From positions 512,001 through 576,000 of the forward strand of contig CBDCJO010000002.1 of the NCBI GenBank assembly GCA_965217865.1: a stretch of 64,000 bases of DNA, written 5' to 3'. Positions 50,944-62,728 of this stretch are shown piece after piece. The notes under the pieces were generated by a model. It saw only the letters and a program-made list of their open reading frames with translations. It was not told the origin of the DNA and did no database searches. This DNA is from Candidatus Latescibacterota bacterium. Lineage in GTDB: Bacteria > Latescibacterota > UBA2968 > SICM01. The position numbers and the translations under genes were made by a program. How positions within the stretch are numbered: position 1 is the first letter of the stretch; every line of letters starts with the position of its first letter.

Positions 50944-52342
50944 ATGGCTCCCGGTAGGAATGATCCTTGTCCCTGCGGCAGCGGAAAGAAATACAAGAGG
51001 TGCTGTTTTATCAAAGAAAAGGTCTCATTAACAACCATTACTCCTCATCTATTGCGAAAGACCAGCGATGAGGTTGTGAGCATGCTTTTGGAATATGCGG
51101 AGAAGACCTATGGCAACGAAAGCTTGCTGGAAGCCTGGGATGTTCATTGGTCTGATGTGGCCGGAGAGACGTTTGACTCTGACAACCCTTACCTTCAGGT
51201 TTTTATCCCGTGGTATATCTTCCAATGGTATCCGGAGGAATATCATTCCAATCTCAGATTTCCTTCGAAGCATACGGCCGTTGCCCGTTTTCTCAAAGAG
51301 AACGGCCGGAAGTTGGGTAATTTTACACGGCGGTTTCTGGAATCTGCGCAAAGGGAACCTTTGAGTTTCTGGCAGGTTGAGGCTATTGAATACGGTAAAG
51401 GAATGTTAATCAAGGACTTTGTCCTAGGGCGCGAGTGTTTCGTATACGAGGATTCCGGGACAAAGACCATTAAAAAGTGGGATATTTTGTTCGGGCAGGT
51501 CGTCGGCCTGGATGAGGAGTACATTCTGGCCGCAACGGGGCCTTATCCGTTGCAGCCTTCGATGTTTCGAGAATACATCAAGGTTTTTACGGACCGAATC
51601 AAGGAATCAAATTCTCATTGCGTTAATCCTGTTGATTTTCTGGAATTCGACGGTGATTTTGTTGCGTGTTATAAACAATGTGTCGAAGATCTGTTATCCG
51701 CCAATTCCGAAACTCCATAACACAGACGGGCAGAAACTGGTTTTCACAATAACCAGATATGCTTTCCCCCGGGAAAAAAGAGAAGAGATCCTCCAAAAGC
51801 TGAATTCCATGCGGAACATCGAGTGTGTTGGAGACGATGGCGAAGAATCGGAATTTTTATGGACTGTCGAGAGTCGACAGAAACGCCTTGAGCGTACCAC
51901 CAAGGGAAACATCAGGATCGGGGAGGGCTACATTCAAATTGAATGCAACAGCAGGTCACGAGATAGGCAGGCCAGGACACGGTTTGAAAAAAAATTTGGA
52001 CGCCTGATCGAATATGAGGGAACAGACTATAAACCGTTCGAACTAGATGAACTTAAAGAGACAACTGAGGATCCCGAACACGAAGACCTGGATAACCCCC
52101 CGGAGGAAGTGAGCCAGGAGTTTGTCGAGATGGTGGAAGGCCTGTATATGAGGTGGGCGGATGATAAGGTTCCCGCACTGGAAAACCAGACTCCAAAGGA
52201 AGCCGTGAAGGATCCAGGGGGAAGGGATAAGGTCGTTGCCATGATTAATGATTGGGAAAATATGGACTTCAGAGATCCTGAACGGCCGTTCCGGTTTGAT
52301 TTTAACAAGCTGAGAAATGTATTAGGGTTGGAAGTGGAGTAA
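50944..52342 (+). pseudogene. SEC-C motif protein, frameshifted near 51695
   Basis: [18 protein letters not shown]; second half PKLHNTDG...WADDKVPALENQTPKEAV in an overlapping frame. Confidence 0.8.
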
Positions 52343-52442
52343 CGGTCAAATGAAAGAACTTTGCGTCTTTTTTTATTCCCTTCCGTCTATGTGAGTGAGA
52401 GACGTCCTGAGTGTCAAGAAACTCACAAAGAGGAGGCAGGTG

Positions 52443-52600
52443 ATGAAGACTTTGAGAAATGAAGAGATTCGGCAGGTCGTTCGGGATACCTATGGAGGGA
52501 TCGCAAAAGGGGAGTCCGCGGGTTGTGGATGCGGCTGCGTATCGGAAAATCATTCGGGACCGGAGGATACATCCCTGAACGTCGGTTACTCCGGGGATGT
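52443..52600 (+). pseudogene. Arsenite-methyltransferase-like N-terminal fragment
   Basis: EEIRQVVRDTYGGIAK....GCGCGC...LNVGYS; RBS GAGGAGG; truncated. Confidence 0.6.
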
Positions 52601-52839
52601 GTCCTCCGGTGAATATAGATAATTCTTTTATAAATAAAAATTTGTGTTAAAAAGAAAAATTCATTCCCCTCACTGTTTCCTCCACTTTTTCTTGGAAGGA
52701 CGCCCCATGTGGTTTCCGCCGGAGAAGCGGAATCCTGGGTGATTGTGCACTTGACAAAATAGGGCTTGGCAGTTCTTGTGTGTTTCGTTATGCTTTGTGG
52801 TTTTGACCTCCACTTGGATTTGTTCTCCCGCTTAACCCC

Positions 52840-53010
52840 CCCCGATGCAAGTCAGCCGAAGGCGAAGGGAGGTATGAAATGCGATGAAACAGCTTGCCCA
52901 CATACGCTCGAAGGTCACCTCGCAGAATCCATTTCCGGTACTTCGGTGCCCATACCAGAGGATACTGGCTATCATAGACTGCGTGACTGGTCCGTCGGAG
53001 TCCCATCGTA
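52840..53010 (-). pseudogene. IS200/IS605 TnpA N-terminal remnant
   Basis: RRTSHAVYDSQY.LVWAPKYRKWILRG. Confidence 0.78.
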
Positions 53011-53171
53011 TGCCTCCTGAGTCGATTTGTGTCTCAGTGGTCTGAACACGATAAGACACCCTTTTACTTTCATGAACTATTTAGCAGCGGCGTTGTTGCA
53101 TGAACACAGGCTGCGGTGGCTGCGGGTGGAGCGGCGTAGGCTACTGAACAGGCAGGATTGAAGGAGAGGTC

Positions 53172-54656
53172 ATGATCACCGGCGCACTCAAATCCAAGGT
53201 GGACAGCATCTGGAACACGATGTGGTCTGGCGGCATCTCGAATCCGCTCTCGGTCATCGAGCAGCTCACCTACCTGCTCTTCATCAAGCGGCTCGACGAA
53301 CTACACACCCTGAAGGAGCGCAAGGCCGCCCGCACCGGCAAGCCTATCGAGGATCCGATCTTCACCGCCAAGCAGGACAAGCTCCGCTGGTCACGCTTTA
53401 GAGAGGCCGCGCCGGAGCAGATGTTTGAGACGATCCGCGACGGAGTGTTCTCCTTCATCAAGACGCTCGGGCAGAAGGGGGAGGCGGACGGCGAGGGGGG
53501 CTCGACGTACAGCCACCATATGAAGGATGCCCTCTTCATGATGCCCACGGCCCGTGTGCTGGCCAACGTCGTCGACCAACTCGACGGCATTGATATGGCC
53601 GACAGCGACACCAAGGGCGACCTCTACGAGTACATGCTCGGCAAGATTGCCACCGCCGGACAGAACGGGCAGTTCCGCACGCCGCGTCACATCATCCGTC
53701 TGATGGTGGACATGACTGCCCCCACGTCCAAGGACGTGATCTGCGACCCGGCCTGCGGCACGGCGGGCTTCCTCGTGGCCGCGTCTGAGCACCTGGTGGA
53801 GTACCACAGCGACACCATCTACAAGAACGCTGCGGCGCGCCGCCACTTCAACGAGGACACGTTCCACGGCTACGACTTCGACAACACCATGCTGCGCATC
53901 GGCAGTATGAACATGCTGCTGCACGGCGTGGAGAACCCAGACATCCGCTACAAGGACTCGCTGGCCCAGACCGACGATGATGACGCGGAGAAGTACTCCC
54001 TGGTCCTCGCCAATCCGCCGTTTGCGGGAAGCCTCGACTACGAGTCCACCGCCAAGGATCTGCAGCAGGTCGTCAAGACCAAGAAGACCGAGCTGCTGTT
54101 CCTTGCCCTGTTCCTGCGCCTGCTCCAGACCGGCGGCCGGGCCGCCGTCATCGTGCCCGACGGCGTGCTTTTCGGGTCGAGCAACGCCCACCGGACCCTG
54201 CGCAAGATTCTGGTCGAGGAGCAGAAGCTCGACGCCATCGTCTCCATGCCCTCGGGCGTCTTCAGACCCTACGCCGGGGTCTCCACCGCCATCCTGTTCT
54301 TCACCAAGACCAACTCCGGCGGCACGGACGACGTCTGGTTCTACGACATGCAGGCGGACGGCTATTCGCTGGACGACAAGCGCACACCGCAGCCGGAGAA
54401 GAGCGATCTTGCCGACATTCTCGCCCGGTGGCAGAACCGCGAGGCAGAGCACAAGCGGGCGCGGACGGACAAGAGTTTCCTCGTGCCCAAGGCCGAGATC
54501 GCGGGCAACGACTACGACCTCTCCATCAACCGCTACAAGGAGGCGGCATACGAGGCAGTGGAGTACGACCCGCCGAGGGTGATCATGGCTCGGCTCGCTG
54601 AGCTCGAAACTGAGATTGCGACGGGGCGGGCGGAACTGGAGGCGTTGTTGGGATGA
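53172..54656 (+). CDS. hsdM: Type I RM methyltransferase subunit
   Basis: NGQFRTPRHII, DPACGTAGFL, ANPPF, VIVPDGVLFG. Confidence 0.96.
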   Translation: MITGALKSKVDSIWNTMWSGGISNPLSVIEQLTYLLFIKRLDELHTLKERKAARTGKPIEDPIFTAKQDKLRWSRFREAAPEQMFETIRDGVFSFIKTLGQKGEADGEGGSTYSHHMKDALFMMPTARVLANVVDQLDGIDMADSDTKGDLYEYMLGKIATAGQNGQFRTPRHIIRLMVDMTAPTSKDVICDPACGTAGFLVAASEHLVEYHSDTIYKNAAARRHFNEDTFHGYDFDNTMLRIGSMNMLLHGVENPDIRYKDSLAQTDDDDAEKYSLVLANPPFAGSLDYESTAKDLQQVVKTKKTELLFLALFLRLLQTGGRAAVIVPDGVLFGSSNAHRTLRKILVEEQKLDAIVSMPSGVFRPYAGVSTAILFFTKTNSGGTDDVWFYDMQADGYSLDDKRTPQPEKSDLADILARWQNREAEHKRARTDKSFLVPKAEIAGNDYDLSINRYKEAAYEAVEYDPPRVIMARLAELETEIATGRAELEALLG

Positions 54657-55774
54657 AGGTCGCAGCCGTCCGCGACATCAGCGAGCAGATTCGTGGCGTG
54701 ACCTACGCCAAGAGTGACGCCAGCGCAGTCCCAAGAAGTGGCTACTCGCCCATGTTGCGGGCCAACAATATTGGAGAACACGGGCTGCTTCTTGAAGACT
54801 TGATATTCGTGCCGAACACCAAGATCTCTCCGAAGCAACGAATTGTCCCGAATGACATCGTTGTAGCAGCATCAAGTGGAAGTATCTCCGTCGTAGGAAA
54901 GACGGCGCAAGCGCGGATAGGATTCGATGGCGGGTTTGGCGCTTTCTGCAAAGTGCTGCGCCCGGGGCCTGATGTTGATCCCCACTACTTCGGCCACTAC
55001 TTCAAGACGTCCTCCTACCGGCGCGTCGTTTCGCAGTTGGCTTCTGGAGCGAATATCAACAATCTAAAGAAGGAGCATCTGGACAACCTATTAATCCCCC
55101 TCCCGCCCCTCGACCAGCAGAAGCGGATTGCGGGGATTCTGGATGCGGCGGACGCCTTGCGGGCCAAGCGCCGCGAAGCCCTCGCCCAGCTCGACACCCT
55201 CCTCCAATCCACCTTCCTCGACATGTTCGGCGACCCAGTCACCAATCCCATGGGGCTCCCCAGAGAAACACTCAAGTCTGCCTTTGAGTTCACTACGGGC
55301 AAATTGGATTCCAACGCGGCGGTTGAAGGAGGCAAGTATCCGTTCTTCACGTGCGCTCGTGAGACCTCCGCGATTGATGACTACGCGTTCGATTGCGAGG
55401 CACTCCTACTCGCGGGCAACAACGCGAATGCCGACTATTCCGTTAAGCACTACAAAGGCCGATTCAACGCGTACCAGCGCACTTACGTCATCACCATCAA
55501 TGAGAGTGCACTTATCTATGCGTATGCACTATTGGCACTTGAGTACCTGCTCGGCGACTTGAAACGCTTTTCGAAGGGAACGAACACGAAGTACCTAACA
55601 ATGGTCATTCTGAACCGAATGCCGATTCTTGTTCCCCCGCTTGACCTTCAGCGTCGCTTCGCCGCCGTTGTCGAATCTATTGAACACCAGAAAGCCCGCC
55701 AGCGAGCCCACCTCGCCAAACTCGACACCCTCTTCACCTCCCTGCAATCCCGCGCCTTCCGAGGAGACCTCTGA
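54653..55774 (+). CDS. hsdS: Type I RM specificity subunit
   Basis: Two TRDs; IPLPPLDQQKRIA and VPPLDLQRRFA repeats; ATGA overlap with hsdM. Confidence 0.94.
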   Translation: MKVAAVRDISEQIRGVTYAKSDASAVPRSGYSPMLRANNIGEHGLLLEDLIFVPNTKISPKQRIVPNDIVVAASSGSISVVGKTAQARIGFDGGFGAFCKVLRPGPDVDPHYFGHYFKTSSYRRVVSQLASGANINNLKKEHLDNLLIPLPPLDQQKRIAGILDAADALRAKRREALAQLDTLLQSTFLDMFGDPVTNPMGLPRETLKSAFEFTTGKLDSNAAVEGGKYPFFTCARETSAIDDYAFDCEALLLAGNNANADYSVKHYKGRFNAYQRTYVITINESALIYAYALLALEYLLGDLKRFSKGTNTKYLTMVILNRMPILVPPLDLQRRFAAVVESIEHQKARQRAHLAKLDTLFTSLQSRAFRGDL

Positions 55775-55780
55775 ACCGCT

Positions 55781-56600
55781 ATGGAAATCTCCGAGAACTT
55801 CGCGTTCCTGAAACAGGAATTCCCGCACGCGGCGGAGAGTGCGAGTTTTGCGGAGCGGCATGTCTTCGGCGACCCACGGGCGTCCTGCTTCCATGCCCGG
55901 CACGCACTGGAGCGTCTGCTCAAGCGTGTCTACAAGGTCGAGAAGGCGCTGAAGCCGCCGAAGGTCACGAACCTGGACGGCTACATCAGCGACCTTGCCT
56001 TCCGCGAACTCGTGCCCGAGGTCATCTGGCAGAAAGCCGAGGTCGTCCACCAGGCGGGCAACGTCGCGGTTCACGGTACCAAGACGCCCGCGCCCGAGAA
56101 GGCGCTCGACGTCCTGCGAGAGTTGTATCACGTCCTCTACTGGACCGGCCGCACCTACCTCCGGAAGGGCGCAGAGAGTCTGCAGGGCAAGACCTTCGAC
56201 GAATCCATCGTCCCGAACGTGGAACCGGCAATTACCCCAGCCAGCGTCCAGGAGCTGGAGGCTCTGAAGGCCCAGCGGGATGCGGCGGCGGAGGCCCGCA
56301 AGGAGATCGAGAGCGAACTTGAAGCGGTGCGTGGACGCCTCGCGGCCATCAAGGCGGAGAACGAAGGTTTCCCCGAGACCCACGACTGGAACGAGGACAA
56401 GACCCGCACGCTCATCATCGATCTCGATCTGGAACGCGCCGGATGGCATCTGGACCGGGAACAGGACCGTGAATACGAAGTGACGGGCATGCCGAACGAG
56501 TCGGGCATCGGCTATGCCGACTACGTTCTCTGGGGAGACGACGGCAAGCCCCTGGCGGTGGTGGAGGCGAAGAAGACCACCGTCGACCCGGCGGTGGGCC
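55781..56600 (+). pseudogene. hsdR: Type I RM restriction subunit, N-terminal third only
   Basis: DUF4145-like start, E..TR...ID..L..AGW, REYEV.GMP, GYADYVLWGDDGKPLAVVEAKKT; helicase part missing. Confidence 0.9.
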
Positions 56601-56998
56601 GGCACCATCGTCGCAGGTTGCGGGATAGCTCGGCCGAACCGTCCTTGATCCGGGCACAGATCAGCGCCTGCCCAGCGACAGGGCTCAATCAATAGAGTTG
56701 AACCACGAGCTTGGGCCGATTGACGTTTCGGCGGGAGCCGAGGGTGCAATTTGGAGTTATTGTCAAGTCATATATGTAGGCCCCATAAATTTCAACGGAG
56801 CCCAGTCCTCGCGGCCTGCGATCGACTCATCAAATGGGCCAAAACCCGCTGGTCGCCGACGGAAAACCTCGCGCGGAGTTACGCTCGTCGTTGGTCAGGA
56901 ATGTCCCCGTGTCGTCGAGCACGGTCTCGATTACAGCCCAGAGGTCGTCCGTATAAAAGTGCACGACCGGGCGCGATGTTCTGCGACATGGGCTGCAT

Positions 56999-57475
56999 CT
57001 ATTTTACGCTCAGCTTGCCCAAGACCGGAGATGCTCCTTTGCCGAAGTCGTTGGCAAAGATAAAAAAATCACCAAGCCCAATTGTGTCATCCCCATCCAG
57101 ATCATACCGCGCTTCATATCCTTTATCGCCTTGACTTGATCCAAACTGTTCGGCAAACCGGAAAAAGTCGGCAAGGTCAACAGTACCATCGCCATCAAAG
57201 TCGGGATTAGGGGCTTGAGGTGTGCTGTACGGCGACATATCCCACAGCAGAATCGTGCCATCACTTGACCCGGAAACGAGCATTGTCCCATCGGGGGAAA
57301 ACGACACGGAATGGACCCCAGACGTATGCCCCTTAAGGGTGGCGATATTTTCTCTTGTCGCCACGCCCCATAGCTTGACAACGCCATCATCTGCCCCGGA
57401 AGCGAGCATCGTCCCATCGGGCGAAAACGACACCGATTGGACTAACCCACCATGCCTGAGAGTGGCGATATTTCT
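56999..57475 (-). pseudogene. WD40-repeat protein C-terminal fragment with an EF-hand/dockerin-like tail
   Basis: SVSFSPDGTMLASG..DG.VKLW, LKGHTSGVHSVSFSPDG; tail DNA near-identical to 5289-5500. Confidence 0.85.
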
Positions 57476-57491
57476 CTAACTTGACGGCTCA

Positions 57492-57686
57492 CTAGTGTCG
57501 TGTCCCAAAGATTCCTTCAATAATTTCTTGGGTAGCGGTCTGTCGTCCTGAGCGGAGCGAAGGATCTCTATGTCCCGAACTATCAGACAGTTGGTGCGTT
57601 CTTCGCTCGCTCTCGATCAAAATGACAGCCACCGCTACGTTTTTGGAGACTTTCTTTTGTAAGGAACTTCTGGGACACGACACTAG
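57492..57686. mobile_element. ~200 bp MITE with IS630-type ends, copy 2
   Basis: Same terminal IR and interior as 12612-12811. Confidence 0.88.
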
Positions 57687-57933
57687 TGGTCGATTCCAGA
57701 AATTCGTATAATGTTGCCTACATCAAGGCGCATGTTTACCATCAGGTTGTCTCCCCGACCGCGTTGGGAGGTAACCGACGCCTGGACCGAGGCCGAAGTA
57801 TCAGCCCCAGTTTGAGGCAGAGAAAATCGCGGAAGCTCGTGGGATCGCACAACAACGAACTGCACCCAGTTCCCAAGCCCAGAGGGCCAAGATGGTGTTG
57901 ATCTTGTCGGAGCATTTTGTGGCTCCGCTTCTC

Positions 57934-58677
57934 CTATTTTACTCCGCTTTGCAAATATACAGATAGACCGCCTAACATGCATTGTAGAACATATAGTATG
58001 ATTATCAGTTTCGGACCCCAGTCTATATTTCTCTTATCTGTCATTCTAATTTCTGCCGTTTTTCCTTGAATTCCTCTGCCATAAATAATCCATCCGATGC
58101 AACAGACGTATAATGTAAATAACGCGATTATCCCTATCTTTTGCTCATTTGGCACTTCATTTTCTGCCGTCAAACTACCCGCAATCATTCCCGCAATAAA
58201 CATTGCGGGAATAGCTACAAAATGGCTATATACCCAATTCAATTTAACTTTATATCTACCGAATTCAGTTGATGCTGTTGCTATAATGTCTGCACACCAT
58301 CCTTCATTTCCTGAGAATGCTGTAATACTTGATTTCAATTGAAGAGGATTGTCTGAAAAAGCAGGAATTATTTTAACCTTCTGTAGTCCATTCTTACTTT
58401 GACGACTTTCGAGTTCTACTGAATATTTCTGAATGTCATACTTTATGTTGCTCTTATTTCTGATCATATCTTCCACGTTCACGAATCCGAACGCTCCATT
58501 TTTTGTTATCAATGTTATTGCACATTCAGTTTCTTCTTCATTGCCAAACCGTTCAATAAGCGTTTTACATATTCCACCGAGTTCATCGATAGTTATGCTA
58601 TGCGCAGGAAAGACTTGCGCCTGCATTACTCTCCTTATCATTGTTGTTTCTCCTTCTGTTTCGTTATTCCGATTCAC
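57934..58677 (-). CDS. AT-rich hypothetical protein with three C-terminal TM helices
   Basis: Long ORF in an AT-rich patch; RBS AAGGAGA before MIRRV (~58641). Confidence 0.65.
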   Translation of the reverse strand: MNRNNETEGETTMIRRVMQAQVFPAHSITIDELGGICKTLIERFGNEEETECAITLITKNGAFGFVNVEDMIRNKSNIKYDIQKYSVELESRQSKNGLQKVKIIPAFSDNPLQLKSSITAFSGNEGWCADIIATASTEFGRYKVKLNWVYSHFVAIPAMFIAGMIAGSLTAENEVPNEQKIGIIALFTLYVCCIGWIIYGRGIQGKTAEIRMTDKRNIDWGPKLIIILYVLQCMLGGLSVYLQSGVK

Positions 58678-58789
58678 TGTTCAATACGCGTTTGGCGGCG
58701 GCTGAAGTTCTCCAGAGATTACAAGGCCCGGGCTGGACGGGGAGGAGGATCAACGGAGCGAAGCGCTCGATTTCCGAGGCCTCGCTGAC

Positions 58790-58910
58790 CGAGGCGTGGC
58801 ACTCCTGCTGGCCGATCTGGGGCTGACCAAATGTACTCACGACCGCACGTGTCGAACGACAACCCTTACTCCGAGGCGCAGTTCAAGACCTTGAAGTATC
58901 GCCCGGACTT
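58790..58910 (+). pseudogene. IS3-family OrfB scrap
   Basis: VALLLADLGLTK...SRPHVSNDNPYSEAQFKTLKYRPD. Confidence 0.75.
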
Positions 58911-59189
58911 GGGAAATGGACACGAAAATCGCCCAAATCGCTCGATGTAAGTAGTTGTTTTTTCGTCAGGCGAAGTTGACGATTTCCGCGATTCTTAGGC
59001 GGAAATGACTTTTCGGAGTAGACTCATGCATCGAAATAGTTCGTACCGCTTTCCGAAACGTAGTGGACAACCCTGCCACAAAGCCGTCTGCCACTATCCT
59101 GTATTTGGCGGGTCCGATTTAGGTCAACCATGTTTTTGTCCCACTGTTGACCTCCCGGACGCGCTCGTCGTGCTCGACGAGGCTACCGG

Positions 59190-59642
59190 CTGTGCGTCAT
59201 CAAACACGGTGGTCGGGCGACGGTCAGTGTACGAAACAATACCACGTTGGAACTGCAGGTGCCCCCAGACGCCAACAAGGAGAAACGGCAGGCTGTGCTT
59301 CATCGCTGGTATCGTCATCGGTTGCGAGAAAAAATCACAGAAATGATCGCCAAGTGGGAGGCAGTTATAGGGGTGGATGTCGCCGACTGGGGTATTAAGA
59401 AGATGAAGACACGCTGGGGGACTTGCAATATAACCGCCCGGCGAATCTGGCTCAACCTCGAACTGGCCAAGAAACCCTCATCTTGCCTTGAGTATATCCT
59501 TGTGCACGAGATGGTCCACTTTTTGGAGCGACATCATAATAATCGATTCAGGAAATTTATGGATCGATTTATGCCACAGTGGCGACTCTATCGGGACGAG
59601 CTTAATCGATCGCCGTTAGCGCATGAAGACTGGGATTACTGA
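59190..59642 (+). pseudogene. YgjP/DUF45 (M48-like) metallopeptidase, 5'-truncated
   Basis: IKKMKTRWGTCN...IWLNLEL...LEYILVHEMVHFLERHH. Confidence 0.85.
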
Positions 59643-59699
59643 CTGGCAAGTATTGGGTATGGATCCTTAGGAGCAAAAATAACAATAGGTCGGAGACTA

Positions 59700-59890
59700 A
59701 AGATAGGACGTGGAACTTTGAAGAGGCGGCTGAATACCTGGGTTGCACGCCGGGAGCTCTACGAGCTTGGACTTCAAATGGAAAAATTCCAAATTTGAAG
59801 GTTCGACGGTTAACAAGATTTAGAAAAGAAGGATCTGGACCAGTATCTGGATAAGCATTTGACCAAGCCGTTAAACATCAGACCTAGATG
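59700..59890 (+). pseudogene. Excisionase-type HTH remnant
   Basis: TWNFEEAAEYLGCTPGALRAWTSNGKIPNLKVRRLTRFRK. Confidence 0.7.
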
Positions 59891-59916
59891 ACCCCACCTA
59901 TTACCAACCTCCTGTA

Positions 59917-62610
59917 GTGGACGAGAAAAACCGCCCCGCTCATGAACGTCGTCCTGCCAGCCCGAATCAAAAACGAACAAGCGAAAGAGAACTGATGAAC
60001 CAACCTCGTCCTTCTATATACCGCAACGCCCTCCAAGTGTCTCCTGAGCGCATTGCAACGATGAGCGACGAAGACCTGAACGTGCTTATAAGGGAACTGC
60101 TCCGAGCCCAAGCGTACAAGTGTGGCTCCCCGCTCAGCGAGATCCGGGTCAACACCGAAGGCAAAGCCAAGGACGATGGGAGCGACGGTTGGTCTGCCAA
60201 GCCGGAGACACCAGATGACTGGTTCGGTTCGGCCGACACGTGCTGGCAGTTCAAGGCGGGGTTGGCTGGAGAGCCCGCGAGACTTCTAGGCGAGATCACC
60301 AAGCCCATTCCCAAGGAAACGGTTGCCGATGGCGGTCGCTTTGTCGTGGTTGCCTCTGGTTCGACGAATGGTAAGAAGGGGGAAGATAACCGTCGTGCGA
60401 TTCTGATCGATGATGCACAGAAAATGAACATTCCTTTCGATAAAATCGATGTCATCGGCAGTGAACGGCTCGCAAACTGGTGCAATCAGCATCCTGCAGT
60501 CGCAGCACGCTGGGCGGGACGGCCAGATGGCCTTTGGACCCTCGACGACTGGTCGAACTCCGAGGAGCATCAGGTTCCATATCAGTCATCCGCAACGGTG
60601 CAGTTGGAAATTGACGCTCGACGAACCGATCTGGATTTCGCAACGGGTAACGTCAGGCACATCCATATCCAAGGCCCCCCTGGGGTGGGTAAAACCCGAT
60701 TCGCGCTCGAACTCTGTCGTGAAGCACCTTGGCGCTACGCCGTTATCTACATCCGCCAGGCTGCGGATTTTCGCTTGGTAGAGCTGATCGACGGTGCGGC
60801 TACAGATCCGGGCGTCCAGCTCATTGTAGCCGCCGATGAGGTTCAACCTGATCAGCTCCGACCATTGCAGGATTCGGTGGAGCGGGGCAGTGGTCGCGTT
60901 CGCCTCATCACCGTGGGACACAACTCAAGTCCGGATCCCAGCCGCATACATGCGCTGTTAGTAGAGCCGCTCGATGATCAAGCTATGCAAAAGGTAATCA
61001 ACGGCTGGTACCCAGCAATGCCACCCGAGCACGTTGACTTCGTGGTGAGCTTCGCGGATGGATACGTCCGGCTTGCCCACCTGGCGTCAGATGCTGTTGT
61101 CCAAAACCCCGACATGAATGTGAGGGGATTGCTCAGCCGCGACGAGATTCGTGGATTCCTCGATGGAATGCTTGGCACGGGTGACCGGCGTTTCCTATAT
61201 GTTGTGGCGGTCCTGACCAGTGTGGGCTGGACTGATGACAAGCAAGAAGAGGGGAAGGCGGTTGCTAAGCACTTCGGCCTTGACTGGAACCAGGTGCGTG
61301 CGACTGTCGATGACTTCCATCGTCGGTTGGGGATTGCACCACGCAGTGGACGTTATCGGTACATCTCACCTGTTCCGCTGGGGACCCATCTCGCGGTTGA
61401 AGCGTGGACCACTTACCCCGACCTTTTGAAGTTGCTTCCCAGCGAGTTGCCATCGGATGGGGCCAGAGATGCGTACTATGAGCGTCTACAATCGATGACG
61501 AGTCAACCGCAGGCTCGAGAATATGCCCGTGAGGAACTGGCCTCTTTTTTGTGCGTCGATAACTTCATAGACGATCGCGGAGTCCGCCGTTGGTCGGCAC
61601 TGTCCTCCGCAGATCCTGACGAAGCCGCGCGCAAAATCCTGAGAGCACTCAGCGGTGCGAGCCTCGAAGATCGCAGGCGAGTCAAAGATCGCGCTAGACA
61701 GGAGTTAGTCGGGACGCTCGTGCGCCTCGCGTGGAGGTCGTCATCATTTCATGACGCGGCCAAAGCCCTCGCTCTGCTTGCCGAAGCTGAAAACGAAACG
61801 TGGGCGAACAACGCGTCCGCAGAATTCGCAGGCCGGTTTCAGATCTTCCTAGGTGGAACGTCTGTTCCTTACCTCGACCGCTTGTCTGTGCTCGATGAGC
61901 TTCTGGCGGAGGAACGGCCATCCTTAGCTAGTTTGACAGTGAAGGCCCTCGCGCAGGTGAGCAACTGGCAAGCCTTCCGTATGGGAAGCAGTCCGGCGTC
62001 TGACGAGTTGCCGGAGATGGAGTGGCAGCCGAAAACGGAGAGGGAGCATTTCGAGTGCGTTGAGACCGCGATTGTCCGCCTGAGCGATATCGCGAAGCTT
62101 GGGATAGCCGATATCCAGACAGACCTTGTTGCTGCAGCAAAAGGCTTCTCCATGATGCTGCGTGAATCCCCGGGGGGGAAAACTCGTTGCCAGCTTCTTT
62201 GATGCTGTGCGTGGGGCCTACCCGGAAGCCCGTGAGCCGCTGAGGAGAGCAATCGCTGAAATCATCCACAGCGAAAGGAATCATTGGAAAGATCTGTCCG
62301 CTAAGGAGCTAGGAGAACTACAGAAGCTGCATGCCCGCTTCGAGGCCCCCTCTTTGGGAGCTCGACTTCAGCAGCATGTAGGACAGACATCATGGTATCG
62401 GGAAGAACAGCCGGACCTGAGGCCGCTTGCAAAAGAGCTTCTATCCGCTCCAAAGGTTCTCATGGAGCAATGGCCATGGTTGACCTCCGGTGACGCATCT
62501 GATGCTTGGCGGTTGGGGGAGGCTTTTGCTGCAGTAGATTCAGAAGGAGATCTCGCTGAGACATTGCCATCGCTTCCTGGCGGTGGAAGCGACCTCCGGT
62601 TGCTTTGTGG
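59917..62610 (+). pseudogene. Restriction-endonuclease-like plus P-loop (STAND-type) plus helical-repeat protein, putative Avs-like defence; frameshift near 62175 and 3'-truncated
   Basis: DDGSDG...WQFKAG nuclease motif; IQGPPGVGKTRFA Walker A; LIVAADE Walker B; L.LLAEAENETWANNAS..F...F. Confidence 0.75.
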
Positions 62611-62728
62611 TCTGACGAACAGAGAATGGTTCCGGGGAAAGGATCATATGGGGAGCCAAAAGAAGAGCAGGGGCTCGGAGACATCCGATCCCCTTTCCAC
62701 TGAACAGGTAAAGCGAGATGCCCTCCGT

